In this document: positions 53,907-63,344 of the stretch, one piece after another
Position numbering within the stretch: the stretch's first letter is position 1
Layout: every line of letters starts with the position of its first letter
Source: a virus
Lineage: Duplodnaviria > Caudoviricetes
Strand: one strand, 5' to 3'
Virus record (IMG/VR): IMGVR_UViG_3300037067_002687
Coordinates: 6,734 to 70,733 of that record
Length of the DNA: 64,000 nucleotides
Program-made: the position numbers and the translations under genes
The notes under the pieces: model-generated
Databases searched by the model: none
What the model was told of the DNA's origin: nothing
The model's input: the letters and a program-made list of their open reading frames with translations, nothing else

Positions 53907-54767
53907 TTAGCCGGCTTGGAAGAAGCCGTACCAATCAACGGAAACGGTCTTGATGGCGCCGGTCGCACTCTGCAACCCGGCAGTGAACACGAGACGCTTG
54001 TCGGGGAACGTCGCCAGCGCCATATCGGCCGCCGTGAGGTTCGTCGCGTTCTCGATGTTGTCCACGAACACCTTGATGCGATGGGAACTCGGGGCCGTCG
54101 GGTCGTAGACGAAACCTGCCTTGTAGTAGGTATCCGCCACGAGCGTCCCAGCGGAGGCAATCTTCGTGGCAATCGCCACGCCGTCGCCGGCGTTCTGCTG
54201 CACAAAGGTCAGCGTATTGCCGGCCGCCTCGTTGATGTAGAACCCCAAGAGGTCCTTGTCGGCGAGGTCGCCGGTGTCTCCGATGAAGGCAGACGCCGCA
54301 CAACCAGCCTCGGTCAGGCCAATGAAGGCGTTGTAGGTGTTGCCAATCTGGCCCACCTTGAACCGGGTCTCGAAGATGGTCAGCTTATCGCTGCCGGCCG
54401 TCGGACTGATGAGACCCCAGGCGCCCGCACCGGACGCACCCGTGAAGCTCATTTCGTCGTTGTCCGTGTCGTCGGTCGCGATGACCAGGACGCCGCCGGA
54501 CTCGGTAGCACTCTGAGCGATGCTTCCGCCCGTGTCCTCGTAGCTCTTGTAGTGGCCACCCTCGGATGCGTAGTAGCCGACATTCGCGGCCACGGCCATG
54601 GAGGGTCCGACGTTCAGGAAATCGTCCGAGATGGAAATCGCATTGGAGAATCCATCGGGCGACATGGCCTGCCCGTTGACGTAGCTCCAAAGTCGGGGCG
54701 AAATCCCTCGGCCACCCTTCTGGCCGACATGGGATGTAAACAGTGCATTGGGATGCAATCCAAGCAT
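53907..54767 (-). CDS. capsid decoration/minor capsid protein
   Basis: Immediately after the MCP, own terminator, beta-sandwich composition. Confidence 0.6.
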   Translation of the reverse strand: MLGLHPNALFTSHVGQKGGRGISPRLWSYVNGQAMSPDGFSNAISISDDFLNVGPSMAVAANVGYYASEGGHYKSYEDTGGSIAQSATESGGVLVIATDDTDNDEMSFTGASGAGAWGLISPTAGSDKLTIFETRFKVGQIGNTYNAFIGLTEAGCAASAFIGDTGDLADKDLLGFYINEAAGNTLTFVQQNAGDGVAIATKIASAGTLVADTYYKAGFVYDPTAPSSHRIKVFVDNIENATNLTAADMALATFPDKRLVFTAGLQSATGAIKTVSVDWYGFFQAG

Positions 54768-54799
54768 ATTCCTTATCTCCTCAATTCAAAGTGTTTCGT

Positions 54800-54836
54800 A
54801 AAAGGCCCGGCGGCCCGGTGAGCGCGGGCCGTCGGG
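54800..54836 (-). terminator. intrinsic terminator after MCP
   Basis: CCCGACGGCCC/GGGCCGCCGGG stem, then CCTTTT on - strand. Confidence 0.7.
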
Positions 54837-54859
54837 GTTCCTAGCGTGGCCGAACCACA

Positions 54860-55900
54860 TTAGGCGGAGGTGCTGCCAACCCAGCAATTACGCCGGTTGT
54901 AGCAGATGTAGTTCATCCAGTTGTCGATGTGGACTTCCCGGACGGTGTGCTGGCGGGCCCCAATCTTCGGCGGGTTACGCCGCATGGTGGCACCCTTCTT
55001 CACGAACGGACGGAATACCTTCCAGTTGATGCCGTACAGCGGGTTGGTCGAATCGTTCGCCGTGAGGTACGGCACCCAACGAATCGGCACGCCGCCGACG
55101 GTCACGCGGCCGATGAACCGGGCGACGTCGCTGCCAAGGTTGTCGTTGCGTGTCTCCGCAAGACGCTCCAGGGCTTCCTGCACCGCGTAGGTCGTGAAGA
55201 TGTTGTACTCCGCCTTGCCGAACCCAAGCTCCGGATGGGGCACGGGCGGCTTGAAGCTGGTGTAGGCCAGCGACTTTTTGATTTTCTTGACCAAGTCCTC
55301 GGCCGTGATGGATGTGTACTGGAACGCCCAGTTTTTCCATCGCGGGTACTCGGTCGCGTCGATGCCGGCGGCTCCGGCGGTAAACCCCGAAGGATTCCCA
55401 CCATTGAATCCGCCATCTGGGGTGGCGATACTCTTCTGCACCCAGAAGGGGATGCCCATGGGCCGCGTGTCGCTCGTGCCGGTGGGGGCCGTCCAGAGGT
55501 TCTCTTCGTTCAACTCAGCCAAGTCGCTCATGGCGGCGTGGTCGCGGAGAGTCAACTCCTTGATGATGGTCTCCCGGTCCGACTGGAACAGGTCCTCGTA
55601 GATGTCATACGAGAAGTTGGCGGTCTGCATCGCCCAAGGGACCTTCGCGGAAATCGTCAGGTCCTCGACCTTCGTGATGTCCTGCGCGTACATGCCAGTG
55701 TTGCGGGCCGTGCCGGTGTTCTTCGTCTTTACCTGGAACTTGATGGTCTCGCCGCCCTCTTCGACGACCTTCTTGTCGTCAATGAGGTCCGAAGAGATGT
55801 AGTCCTGGTATTCGAGCGCCAAATCCGTCCACTTCACCCGTTTCAGCAACGGAAGGGTCAGATTGACAAAATCATCAACAAGATTGGGTGTCAAAGCCAT
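54860..55900 (-). CDS. major capsid protein (HK97 fold)
   Basis: 346 aa after the scaffold; AAGGAGG RBS; GGETIKF, GIPFWV, Y.C.NRR pattern; followed by a terminator. Confidence 0.85.
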   Translation of the reverse strand: MALTPNLVDDFVNLTLPLLKRVKWTDLALEYQDYISSDLIDDKKVVEEGGETIKFQVKTKNTGTARNTGMYAQDITKVEDLTISAKVPWAMQTANFSYDIYEDLFQSDRETIIKELTLRDHAAMSDLAELNEENLWTAPTGTSDTRPMGIPFWVQKSIATPDGGFNGGNPSGFTAGAAGIDATEYPRWKNWAFQYTSITAEDLVKKIKKSLAYTSFKPPVPHPELGFGKAEYNIFTTYAVQEALERLAETRNDNLGSDVARFIGRVTVGGVPIRWVPYLTANDSTNPLYGINWKVFRPFVKKGATMRRNPPKIGARQHTVREVHIDNWMNYICYNRRNCWVGSTSA

Positions 55901-55969
55901 CCTATGGCCTCCTTATACGTCCTTGATTGTTACTATCGAATCCGGATTGCAGTCCGAATAGGCCACACT

Positions 55970-57097
55970 CTAGGCCCCGATTTCGTCTTGCGTCTTGTTC
56001 CACCAGTCTACGATGGCTGGATGGTTGGCAATGGCCGAAACCTCATCGACCTTATCGTGGGTCGCTAGTTTCGGGTCGAGTCTCCGGGCAGAGCCGGGCG
56101 CCGGGCGCCTACGTTTTGACTGCTCAGCGACTCGCCGCTGATACTCAGTCTTCTCTCGCTCACGAATCTCTTTTGCGAACACGACTTGTTCAGCGCGGCG
56201 CAGCAGTACACCAAGCGGAGGAACGCGAGGCTGAACATTAGCTTGGCGAGCGCGGCCAACAATTTCACGCAGCATGGAATCGGCAGCATTGTAAAGCCTC
56301 TCCCGTGCCGTGTTGTGTTGCTCATCCAGGGGCACCACTTCGCCGTTGTCGTTGACTGTTCGGCCGAACCGCTCTACGTCAAGCTCATCGACCGCATCGT
56401 GGAATCGTTCGAGCCGTTGCGTATGCTCCCGGACGGCCGACGCGCGCCGCTGTTCGGCCATGTAAGTCTTTACGCTCAGCAACTCATTCTGGAGCGAACG
56501 GTGGGACTCGACGATTTTGATGTACTCTTCGTCGTACCCAGCCTCTCGCAATTCCGCCTCGCTGGGAAGCTGCAAGGTCGAGGCCGGTTGTCCGTCCGGC
56601 GTCTCGGTGGCTTGCTTCCCAGGTTGGGGTTGTCCTTGTCGCGGCCGGGAAGCGGCCGACCCCAAAAGTCCTCGGTCGTACAGGCGTCCTACCCGACGGA
56701 AATCCGCTTCCGTCTTGAAGTCGGCCAAGTCATCTTCGTTCAGGCCGTAGCTCGCGGCCATTTCGAGGTGTTCGGGCGTGACCCAGGAGGCATCCGTGCC
56801 TCCCTCGGCCACCAAGCCCTCTGACGGGGAACTCTCTCCGGCGTCGGTGCCACCCGCGCCATCATCGGCAACATCGTCCCCTTCGTCCGTGCCGTCCTTG
56901 CCGATGTCCCCGTCCTTCGCGTCCGGTTCCTTTCCCGAAGGAACTACCGCGTCGGGATTGTCGCCGCGGGCGATGGCGATTTCTCGCTCCGTCAACGGCT
57001 CTAGGGTTTCTTTGGTTGAGACAACCGGTTCTACGGTCGGCTCAGTTTCGTTCTCCAGTGTCGTCGTGGCGTCTTTGCTCATATACTTTTTCTCCAT
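55970..57097 (-). CDS. capsid scaffolding protein
   Basis: Acidic disordered N-half, helical C-half; between portal and MCP. Confidence 0.7.
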   Translation of the reverse strand: MEKKYMSKDATTTLENETEPTVEPVVSTKETLEPLTEREIAIARGDNPDAVVPSGKEPDAKDGDIGKDGTDEGDDVADDGAGGTDAGESSPSEGLVAEGGTDASWVTPEHLEMAASYGLNEDDLADFKTEADFRRVGRLYDRGLLGSAASRPRQGQPQPGKQATETPDGQPASTLQLPSEAELREAGYDEEYIKIVESHRSLQNELLSVKTYMAEQRRASAVREHTQRLERFHDAVDELDVERFGRTVNDNGEVVPLDEQHNTARERLYNAADSMLREIVGRARQANVQPRVPPLGVLLRRAEQVVFAKEIREREKTEYQRRVAEQSKRRRPAPGSARRLDPKLATHDKVDEVSAIANHPAIVDWWNKTQDEIGA

Positions 57098-57100
57098 TTC

Positions 57101-57156
57101 CTGACAAGTTGTCAGTTTATACTATTACTTATACCCGATTTGAGACAAAAAATCAA
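57101..57156 (-). promoter_or_regulatory. operator copy 8 (CTGACAAGTTGTCAG, 57101-57115) + probable promoter
   Basis: Perfect palindrome just upstream of the scaffold start; - strand TTGATT (57156-57151), 17 bp, TATAAG (57133-57128). Confidence 0.7.
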
Positions 57157-57190
57157 TCCCATAAATCGAAGACCCTACACCCCGTTGGTA

Positions 57191-57373
57191 CTAATTCTCA
57201 AGTGAGCGTCGGTCAATGACGTCGAATGTCTCACTGGGTTCGTCGATGGGACCGTCGAAATCTTCATCGACCGGCTCGTCGGGGTGAGACTCATGCAACA
57301 TTCCGAATCCGGCGACGAGCCGCGCCGAAAAAGACTCGTCCATGGATTCCTTCTGGGAGCGTTTCCTTCTCAT
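57191..57373 (-). CDS. small acidic protein
   Basis: 60 aa, ATGA-coupled. Confidence 0.5.
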   Translation of the reverse strand: MRRKRSQKESMDESFSARLVAGFGMLHESHPDEPVDEDFDGPIDEPSETFDVIDRRSLEN

Positions 57374-57825
57374 CCGTGAACCCTCCGTACTAGCTCCTGC
57401 GCTGCCTCAAAGGCGCCGGGGCCAAAACTGAACCCGGTTCCCTTACTCAGATTAGTGAGCCCTCGGTGTTGTGTGTAACGGTCAAAGGCGGCCACGGAGC
57501 CGCAATGGACCTGATAAAACTCGGGAACCGACGGGTCTTGGCGGAACTCGATGTCCGTGAATCCGTGTTTGACGCGGTCCTCTTCCATGCCGGAAAGGTT
57601 CGTGCAGCCAAACCCCAGGGAATCGCTCACGATGGGGCGAGTCTCACGCGGGGCGGCTGTCATAGGCTTAGCGTCGTGCTTCTCCAGGTGAAGGCAGCGA
57701 CGCGCAGTCACTCCATCGGCCAACGTGAGGAAGCCTGCATTCTGCTCCATCATGGTGGCCCAATCGACATAAACCAGGGACCCGTCGTCCTCCCGTCGGA
57801 AAACGTAGCGTTTTTCGTCCTCCAT
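57370..57825 (-). CDS. hypothetical protein downstream of portal
   Basis: AGGAGAG RBS before ATG 57825. Confidence 0.65.
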   Translation of the reverse strand: MEDEKRYVFRREDDGSLVYVDWATMMEQNAGFLTLADGVTARRCLHLEKHDAKPMTAAPRETRPIVSDSLGFGCTNLSGMEEDRVKHGFTDIEFRQDPSVPEFYQVHCGSVAAFDRYTQHRGLTNLSKGTGFSFGPGAFEAAQELVRRVHG

Positions 57826-57839
57826 GCTATTCTCTCCTC

Positions 57840-59639
57840 CTAACTTCCTTGGATAGGTTGCATTCCGCCGGACTGTTGCGGCTGTCGAGCCATATCGAGC
57901 CACGCCTGCTGCTTCTCAATGGCGCGGTTCTCCGGCGTTCCCCCGGTGGCTACGGATTTACGGACGTACTCACGCGACGTCTGCGCGGGGGCGGACGGCG
58001 GGGTGGCCGGGCCTAGGTCGGGAGGCGAGCCAGCGTCCGGCGAGGAAAACTGAATCACGTCCCTGAGACGCGGAACACGGAGAAGCTCGGCAAGCATTTC
58101 CGTGAGCGACTGCATGTTAATCTGCCCGGACTGGGCCGCAAGCGTCTGGGCCATGGGCATGTAGAGCTTCTGGATAAGCGCCAGCACGGTCTGCACCTTC
58201 TGCTCTGGCGGCTGATAGGGCATCGAATGGACATCGACGGTCAGGTCGTAGTCAAAGAAGGTGCCCATGCGTCGTTCTGGCGTCCAGGTGGCATCAATGC
58301 TCATCCCTTCGGCGCCTGGTATTGGCATCCGGGCCGGGATAACCTTGACCGCGTCGTTCCAGAGGAGCCAGCCGAGATTGCGGACCACTTTCGTCGTGGA
58401 TTCGTGGGCCTGCATCCGCATGGACGCCTCCTTTTTCGAGGCACCGCTGGCGATAATCTGTTCCTGGCCCAGGGTGTCGCCCTGCTGCCCAAGACCAAGC
58501 AGGGAGGGGAGATTGCCGGCCATGCGGTCCAACAACTCGACCGATTGAATCAAGAAGGCGTGACCCGAGGCATCGGCCCCTCCCATCTTCAGGACTCCTA
58601 TGTCTTTCGTGTCGGCTACGCACACCCAGTTGCCATCGTCGGTTCTCTGGACCTTGGCAGCGTCGTCCGCGGCGGCCGGGGTGTAGGTGTAGACGTCCTT
58701 CTGCCGGCGAGCCTGACGCGATTGCTTGCGAATCAGGTTGTTGCACAACTGGCAAAGACTGCGCAGGTGGGAAGCGGGAGAGGCCGGCATAATGTTGTCC
58801 GGCACGTCATTGAACGAGAGCTTGTGATAGGGCCCAAGCTCCGGGCCGTCCCAACCGAAATCCGTCAGTACGCCGCCCTTCCCTTGGAATCGCATCTGCC
58901 CATCCATGGCAAACGTGTAGATTCGCTTCTCTCGGGGAATCCAGACGTCCATCAGGTCAATCATGGGCTCGACGTCGTCTTGGTCGGTCTGGTAGCCCTT
59001 GGAGAGCATTTCCGTGCGCATCGTCAACTCAGACATCGTCGCCTTATTGGTCGGCGCCAACTCCTCAACGACGCGCGGGTCGTAGATGGGGTCCTCCAGG
59101 GTGGAGAATGGCACACGATAGGCGTCGGCCGCATACATCATCTGGTCCCAGCGGGTCGCCGTCATGTCGTGGACCCAATCGTCGATGGACACGCACGACA
59201 CCGTCGGTGTTCCGGGGTCGATGCTCTTGCCCCACAACTCGACCTCTCCGATGTCGGACAAATGGACCTTGAGGATTCCGATGCAGAAGAAGGCGTTCTT
59301 CACCCACTGCCGCAAGACCTCTTCGATGCGAATCTCTTCGAGCATCTTATTGATGGCCACTGCGTACTGCTGCGAAAAGAACTTCAGATTCGAGTGGGGA
59401 GTCTCCACTGTGACCCAGGGACGATTCGCCACTAGGGACATGGTGTAAGCATCCACGGCTTGCCCCATGAGATTCAGGTACGTCTCGTAGCGCGGACGCT
59501 CCGATTCATGCCCGTACCCAGAACCGGCGTACTCTTCCACCAATGCTTGATTGATTCGCCGGAATGGTTCCAGCTTACGCCACGATGCGTTCATGGCCTT
59601 AAACAGTCTCCAGCGATGCTCCTCTTTATTCAGGTTCAT
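57840..59639 (-). CDS. portal protein
   Basis: 599 aa directly after TerL; helical, podovirus/P22-like size; Q/P-rich barrel-type C-terminus. Confidence 0.85.
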   Translation of the reverse strand: MNLNKEEHRWRLFKAMNASWRKLEPFRRINQALVEEYAGSGYGHESERPRYETYLNLMGQAVDAYTMSLVANRPWVTVETPHSNLKFFSQQYAVAINKMLEEIRIEEVLRQWVKNAFFCIGILKVHLSDIGEVELWGKSIDPGTPTVSCVSIDDWVHDMTATRWDQMMYAADAYRVPFSTLEDPIYDPRVVEELAPTNKATMSELTMRTEMLSKGYQTDQDDVEPMIDLMDVWIPREKRIYTFAMDGQMRFQGKGGVLTDFGWDGPELGPYHKLSFNDVPDNIMPASPASHLRSLCQLCNNLIRKQSRQARRQKDVYTYTPAAADDAAKVQRTDDGNWVCVADTKDIGVLKMGGADASGHAFLIQSVELLDRMAGNLPSLLGLGQQGDTLGQEQIIASGASKKEASMRMQAHESTTKVVRNLGWLLWNDAVKVIPARMPIPGAEGMSIDATWTPERRMGTFFDYDLTVDVHSMPYQPPEQKVQTVLALIQKLYMPMAQTLAAQSGQINMQSLTEMLAELLRVPRLRDVIQFSSPDAGSPPDLGPATPPSAPAQTSREYVRKSVATGGTPENRAIEKQQAWLDMARQPQQSGGMQPIQGS

Positions 59640-59646
59640 AATAGCC

Positions 59647-61584
59647 TCAATCTGTCCAGTCGGACTCTATGCCTTCCGCGCCTAACGTCTGAGCGATGTC
59701 CCATAGGGTTCTCTCATCCCATCCGTCTCCAGCCTTCTTGGCGTCGTCGTATTGTTTTTGCCTCCAGGCTAACGTGCCTTCCGGAGGGTCGGTTACATCA
59801 TTTCGCTTTTTGTCGTCGGCGTCTTTCCCCATTAAGGGTCTGTCTTTCATCGCTTGCAGACAGACGCACGCTGCAATGACCCTATCGCCGTGCGCCTTGC
59901 CTTTCGAGGAATCGTCTTTCGTGGTCGCCGCCGAAGAGTGAGCAATGAGACCATTCTGTCGGACGTACTGTGAGCATTCTTTCACGAGTGAGTCTGAGCG
60001 CACGGTAATCTCGTGAGACTTCACGGCAGACTGGAACTCAGAAAACATTTTCTCTTTCGTGGTTTCCGAAGTATGCCAACCAATTTCCTGTGTGCGCTTA
60101 CGACCTCGACGTGAGTACACTCCACGGAAGAAGATATTCACGTATCCGCGAGACTTGACTCTCGCCGTAAAGGCGGAACCGGGACCATTGATTTCCCAAG
60201 CCAAGTAAGCGTTATGGAACCACTTCGCCATCACAATTGCCATGTCAGCAAAGTCGTCGGGTAACATCGTGTTGGTTGCGAACGATGCCACCTCTTCCCC
60301 ACTACGCAGGTCGAATACTTCAATCGTCGAGTTGGACGACCAGGAACCACCCGAACCGGTCGCTACGTCACAGCCGATAACGTAGTGCCCCTTCTCTGGT
60401 TTGTTTCCTGGTCCTAGCGGTCGCCATATCTCGACGGGCCCACCGTTTTTGGTGCTGAAGTCGGGCTCTAGTGTCTCTTCGTTGTAGTCCATTTCGCCCA
60501 CAACGATGGGAGACATAACGTCCTTGCCAGCTTTCTCGAAAAACTCGTTGCCGAACACGCGGTAAGCAGAACCTCCATAGTCTCGGTCAAGCTCTTGGGC
60601 GATGGATTGCGTCGTAGCCCTGGGCCGGTCGCATTCATGGTCGTACCAGGGGGAGCGAGTAACGCCCTCAATCTTGAACCCCTTCTTCCGAAGCCGAGAA
60701 ATAAGGTCCTTGGATTTCTCCTCGTACTTCGCCGGCAGCGGGTTCTTGGGGTCAATGGACTTCATGTGACCATCGACAATGGTGTACAGCCCGCGGTTCT
60801 TGGTGGGGTTGTCTTTCCAGTCAATGGTGATGCGAATCATTGAACTCGGTTCGTGCATCAACTCGTAGTAAGCGCCCTCGGCACCCTTCGGAGTGGATAC
60901 CACAAGACGTGAGTTGGTGACGTGTTGCGTCGAGGCCATGGCTTCTTCATCGGGACCGCGCTTGAACTTGGCAAGCTCGTCCATGAGGAACCACTTCTTA
61001 CGGCCGCCGGACGCGACATCTCCCACTGCCGAGTATCCCGTAATCGTAGAGCCATTCGAGAGATTACGTAGCGTATGGTCGCCAAGGTTTCTACGGAAGT
61101 CGGGAACCATCCAGGCGGGCAGCTTAGTAAGCTCCCAGTCAATCTTCCAGAAGAGAGAATCCGGGTCCTCGGGGTTATCGACCGCTAACTCATTACGTGA
61201 GACAAGGCCAATGGCCGAAAGGGGATTGAACGTCCAGTCGTGAACGGCGAACAGGCAGGCAATCCAGGAGATGCCCTCACCGCGAGACTTCTCGGCGCCG
61301 ATGTCCTCGAACCCTAGATTCTTCGCAATCGTCTGGATGACGGGAATCTGATGCTCCCACGGAATAAAGGGCACGATGGGTGGAAGAGAGATGCCTCCCA
61401 CCTTGCGGGGCCTTGGTTCGTAGACCCAGCAGAAGGCAGTCATCCAGAAGAGAATATCCTCGCGACACGCCACTGTGAGCGCATTGCGAAACTCGACGTC
61501 CGTCAAGGCGCGTTCCCGCACCTCCAGACGATAGAGGAGATTCTTCTCAAGGTCCCGAGGGACCTGTTTGTAAAACTCGACCAT
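59647..61584 (-). CDS. terL: terminase large subunit
   Basis: Walker A KSRGEG.SW, Walker B FLMDE, VVSTP, nuclease IGCDVA...WEIN...HGDRV. Confidence 0.92.
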   Translation of the reverse strand: MVEFYKQVPRDLEKNLLYRLEVRERALTDVEFRNALTVACREDILFWMTAFCWVYEPRPRKVGGISLPPIVPFIPWEHQIPVIQTIAKNLGFEDIGAEKSRGEGISWIACLFAVHDWTFNPLSAIGLVSRNELAVDNPEDPDSLFWKIDWELTKLPAWMVPDFRRNLGDHTLRNLSNGSTITGYSAVGDVASGGRKKWFLMDELAKFKRGPDEEAMASTQHVTNSRLVVSTPKGAEGAYYELMHEPSSMIRITIDWKDNPTKNRGLYTIVDGHMKSIDPKNPLPAKYEEKSKDLISRLRKKGFKIEGVTRSPWYDHECDRPRATTQSIAQELDRDYGGSAYRVFGNEFFEKAGKDVMSPIVVGEMDYNEETLEPDFSTKNGGPVEIWRPLGPGNKPEKGHYVIGCDVATGSGGSWSSNSTIEVFDLRSGEEVASFATNTMLPDDFADMAIVMAKWFHNAYLAWEINGPGSAFTARVKSRGYVNIFFRGVYSRRGRKRTQEIGWHTSETTKEKMFSEFQSAVKSHEITVRSDSLVKECSQYVRQNGLIAHSSAATTKDDSSKGKAHGDRVIAACVCLQAMKDRPLMGKDADDKKRNDVTDPPEGTLAWRQKQYDDAKKAGDGWDERTLWDIAQTLGAEGIESDWTD

Positions 61585-61601
61585 CCGTGGTCCGGTTGCT
61601 A

Positions 61602-61994
61602 CTAATCGTTCCAGGACGAGTAATCGACTATCGTGTCGGGCTCGTTCTGTCGGAAATACTTATCCAGGGAATCTTCATCCTGGGTAAGCCGTTGGAACTT
61701 GGACGGAGCGAAGGTGCCTGCCTCTTCGTCCCAGTGGCCGCCCTCAATGGGCGTACCGTTGGCCATCTTCGACCCGTGATAAATCGACTCATCACTGAAG
61801 GTGGGATGGTTGGGCTTCTTGTACTTGTCGGTGAGGTGGCCCTCTTCAGGGTCGGCGCCGGCATTCGCCTTCCACCAACCACGCATGTCATAATCCGCTA
61901 AGTCTTTGCCGCGCTTGTGCGTCTTGGCCCAGTCACGAAAGGCAGACTCTTCGGACGCGGAAAGCGGTGTGTTGTAAAGGTCAAGCATATCCAT
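61602..61994 (-). CDS. conserved phage hypothetical protein
   Basis: DYDMRGWW...GHLTDKYKKPNHPTFSDESIY pattern; sits between TerS candidate and TerL. Confidence 0.7.
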   Translation of the reverse strand: MDMLDLYNTPLSASEESAFRDWAKTHKRGKDLADYDMRGWWKANAGADPEEGHLTDKYKKPNHPTFSDESIYHGSKMANGTPIEGGHWDEEAGTFAPSKFQRLTQDEDSLDKYFRQNEPDTIVDYSSWND

Positions 61995-62008
61995 TAGTGA
62001 GACTACTC

Positions 62009-62617
62009 CTATTCGACGTGTTCGCGGTGCTGGATTCCAGCAAGCAACTTTTTGACTTCTTTGATGGACAACTCCTCCTTGGTGTCCTGATTGGCGACCG
62101 AATCACTCTTTTTGTCCTGAGACAAGACCTGCTTGAAGAACTCATGTGGGTAGTTCGCCCAGTGTTGCAGGGAGAACACCGCCGACCGTGAGGGCGCCTT
62201 GCCGCACGGCGAGATAAGCACGTCTTCGGCCGTGATGACAACACCCTTCATCTTGTTCGGTTGTCGGGCGAGCCGCGTCATGGCGGGGTGAGAGCGTATC
62301 CAGTCCATTTCCACGGACGGTTGGGCCTTGTCGGGCAGGTCCGCTATGGCCGCGCGGAACTCATCCTCGGAAATGCCGGCCTTCTCCTCGTCGGTGAGTG
62401 GCGGAGGTGGGGCGGCCGAGGGCAAGAGGCCCGTCTTGACTGCGTTGCGCTCTAGGTCGGGTACGGGCTCCAGTCTCTCGACGGGTTTCACCACCATGGG
62501 AGGCAACGGAGGCATCCCGGCGCTAAAGCCGATAAGCCGCTGCGCTTCCTCAATGGAGACCTTCTCAGTCGCCGCGGCCGGAGGAGGAGGGTCCGCACAA
62601 AAAACCATCCCAGCCAT
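62009..62617 (-). CDS. putative terminase small subunit
   Basis: First gene of the packaging operon; helical; assigned by position only. Confidence 0.45.
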   Translation of the reverse strand: MAGMVFCADPPPPAAATEKVSIEEAQRLIGFSAGMPPLPPMVVKPVERLEPVPDLERNAVKTGLLPSAAPPPPLTDEEKAGISEDEFRAAIADLPDKAQPSVEMDWIRSHPAMTRLARQPNKMKGVVITAEDVLISPCGKAPSRSAVFSLQHWANYPHEFFKQVLSQDKKSDSVANQDTKEELSIKEVKKLLAGIQHREHVE

Positions 62618-62630
62618 AAAAAAATACCTC

Positions 62631-62723
62631 TTGACAGACTCAGCCCGACTTGCTATATTGACAAATTGTCAGTCAATTCCGTGCCATAAGAAAGAGTATA
62701 CCACAAAAAATCCGAAAAGTCAA
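62631..62723. promoter_or_regulatory. face-to-face sigma70 promoters with operator copy 9 (TTGACAAATTGTCAG, 62658-62672)
   Basis: + strand TTGACA (62631), 17 bp, TATATT (62654-62659); - strand TTGACT (62723-62718), 17 bp, TATACT (62700-62695). Confidence 0.8.
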
Positions 62724-62738
62724 TAGCGAAATCCAATT

Positions 62739-63278
62739 ATGCGTACTATGGCCTGCATCACCGACCGGATGAAGTGCAAACTTCTGACGGGTAGTTACCC
62801 ACCCTGCTTGAGGGGACGTCCTAGGCTGCCGGATGAGCTAAAAGTGCCTCATTTTAAGCCTTTTTCCGTTCGTCAGGAATCGAAGTGGACCCACCCAAGA
62901 TGCCCCGGATGTGGCTCTATCTGGTACGGCGGAGGAAATTGTTGGACTTGCGAAATCCGCAAAATCCATGTGCCTACCGCCGGTCCTTTTGAGCCGGAGA
63001 TTGAGTTTGGCAAAATCGGGTTTTCGCTCAAACCCAAGCAGGCAGAACGACTTACGACGATTTTGGAGCTTCGGCGGCAATTAGGCGAGCGCCGGCCGGA
63101 TTGGCCAGACAATGAGGTACGTCCCATGAAAATCAAACCTCTTCCGATGTCCTGTTTCAGTATCCCGGCACTACAGCGCCCCGACAAGGCGTCACGGTCC
63201 ATCCTGAAGGCACGACAACAACGAAAGGAGAAAGAAAATGCAGCCCGAGAAACCTTGCAGGCCACTAACGCCGCTTGA
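62739..63278 (+). CDS. hypothetical protein with CxxC..CxxC finger
   Basis: CPGCG...CWTC; start uncertain. Confidence 0.5.
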   Translation: MRTMACITDRMKCKLLTGSYPPCLRGRPRLPDELKVPHFKPFSVRQESKWTHPRCPGCGSIWYGGGNCWTCEIRKIHVPTAGPFEPEIEFGKIGFSLKPKQAERLTTILELRRQLGERRPDWPDNEVRPMKIKPLPMSCFSIPALQRPDKASRSILKARQQRKEKENAARETLQATNAA

Positions 63279-63344
63279 TGGACAGACCTCCCTCTTCGGG
63301 GACGTTTTTAAGGACGGTCTTTGGACACGACGAAAGGACGCGCC

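Noticed and set aside
52674-56068. Long + strand ORFs 52674-53570, 53901-54821 and 54929-56068
   Set aside because: Antisense shadows of capsid-region genes
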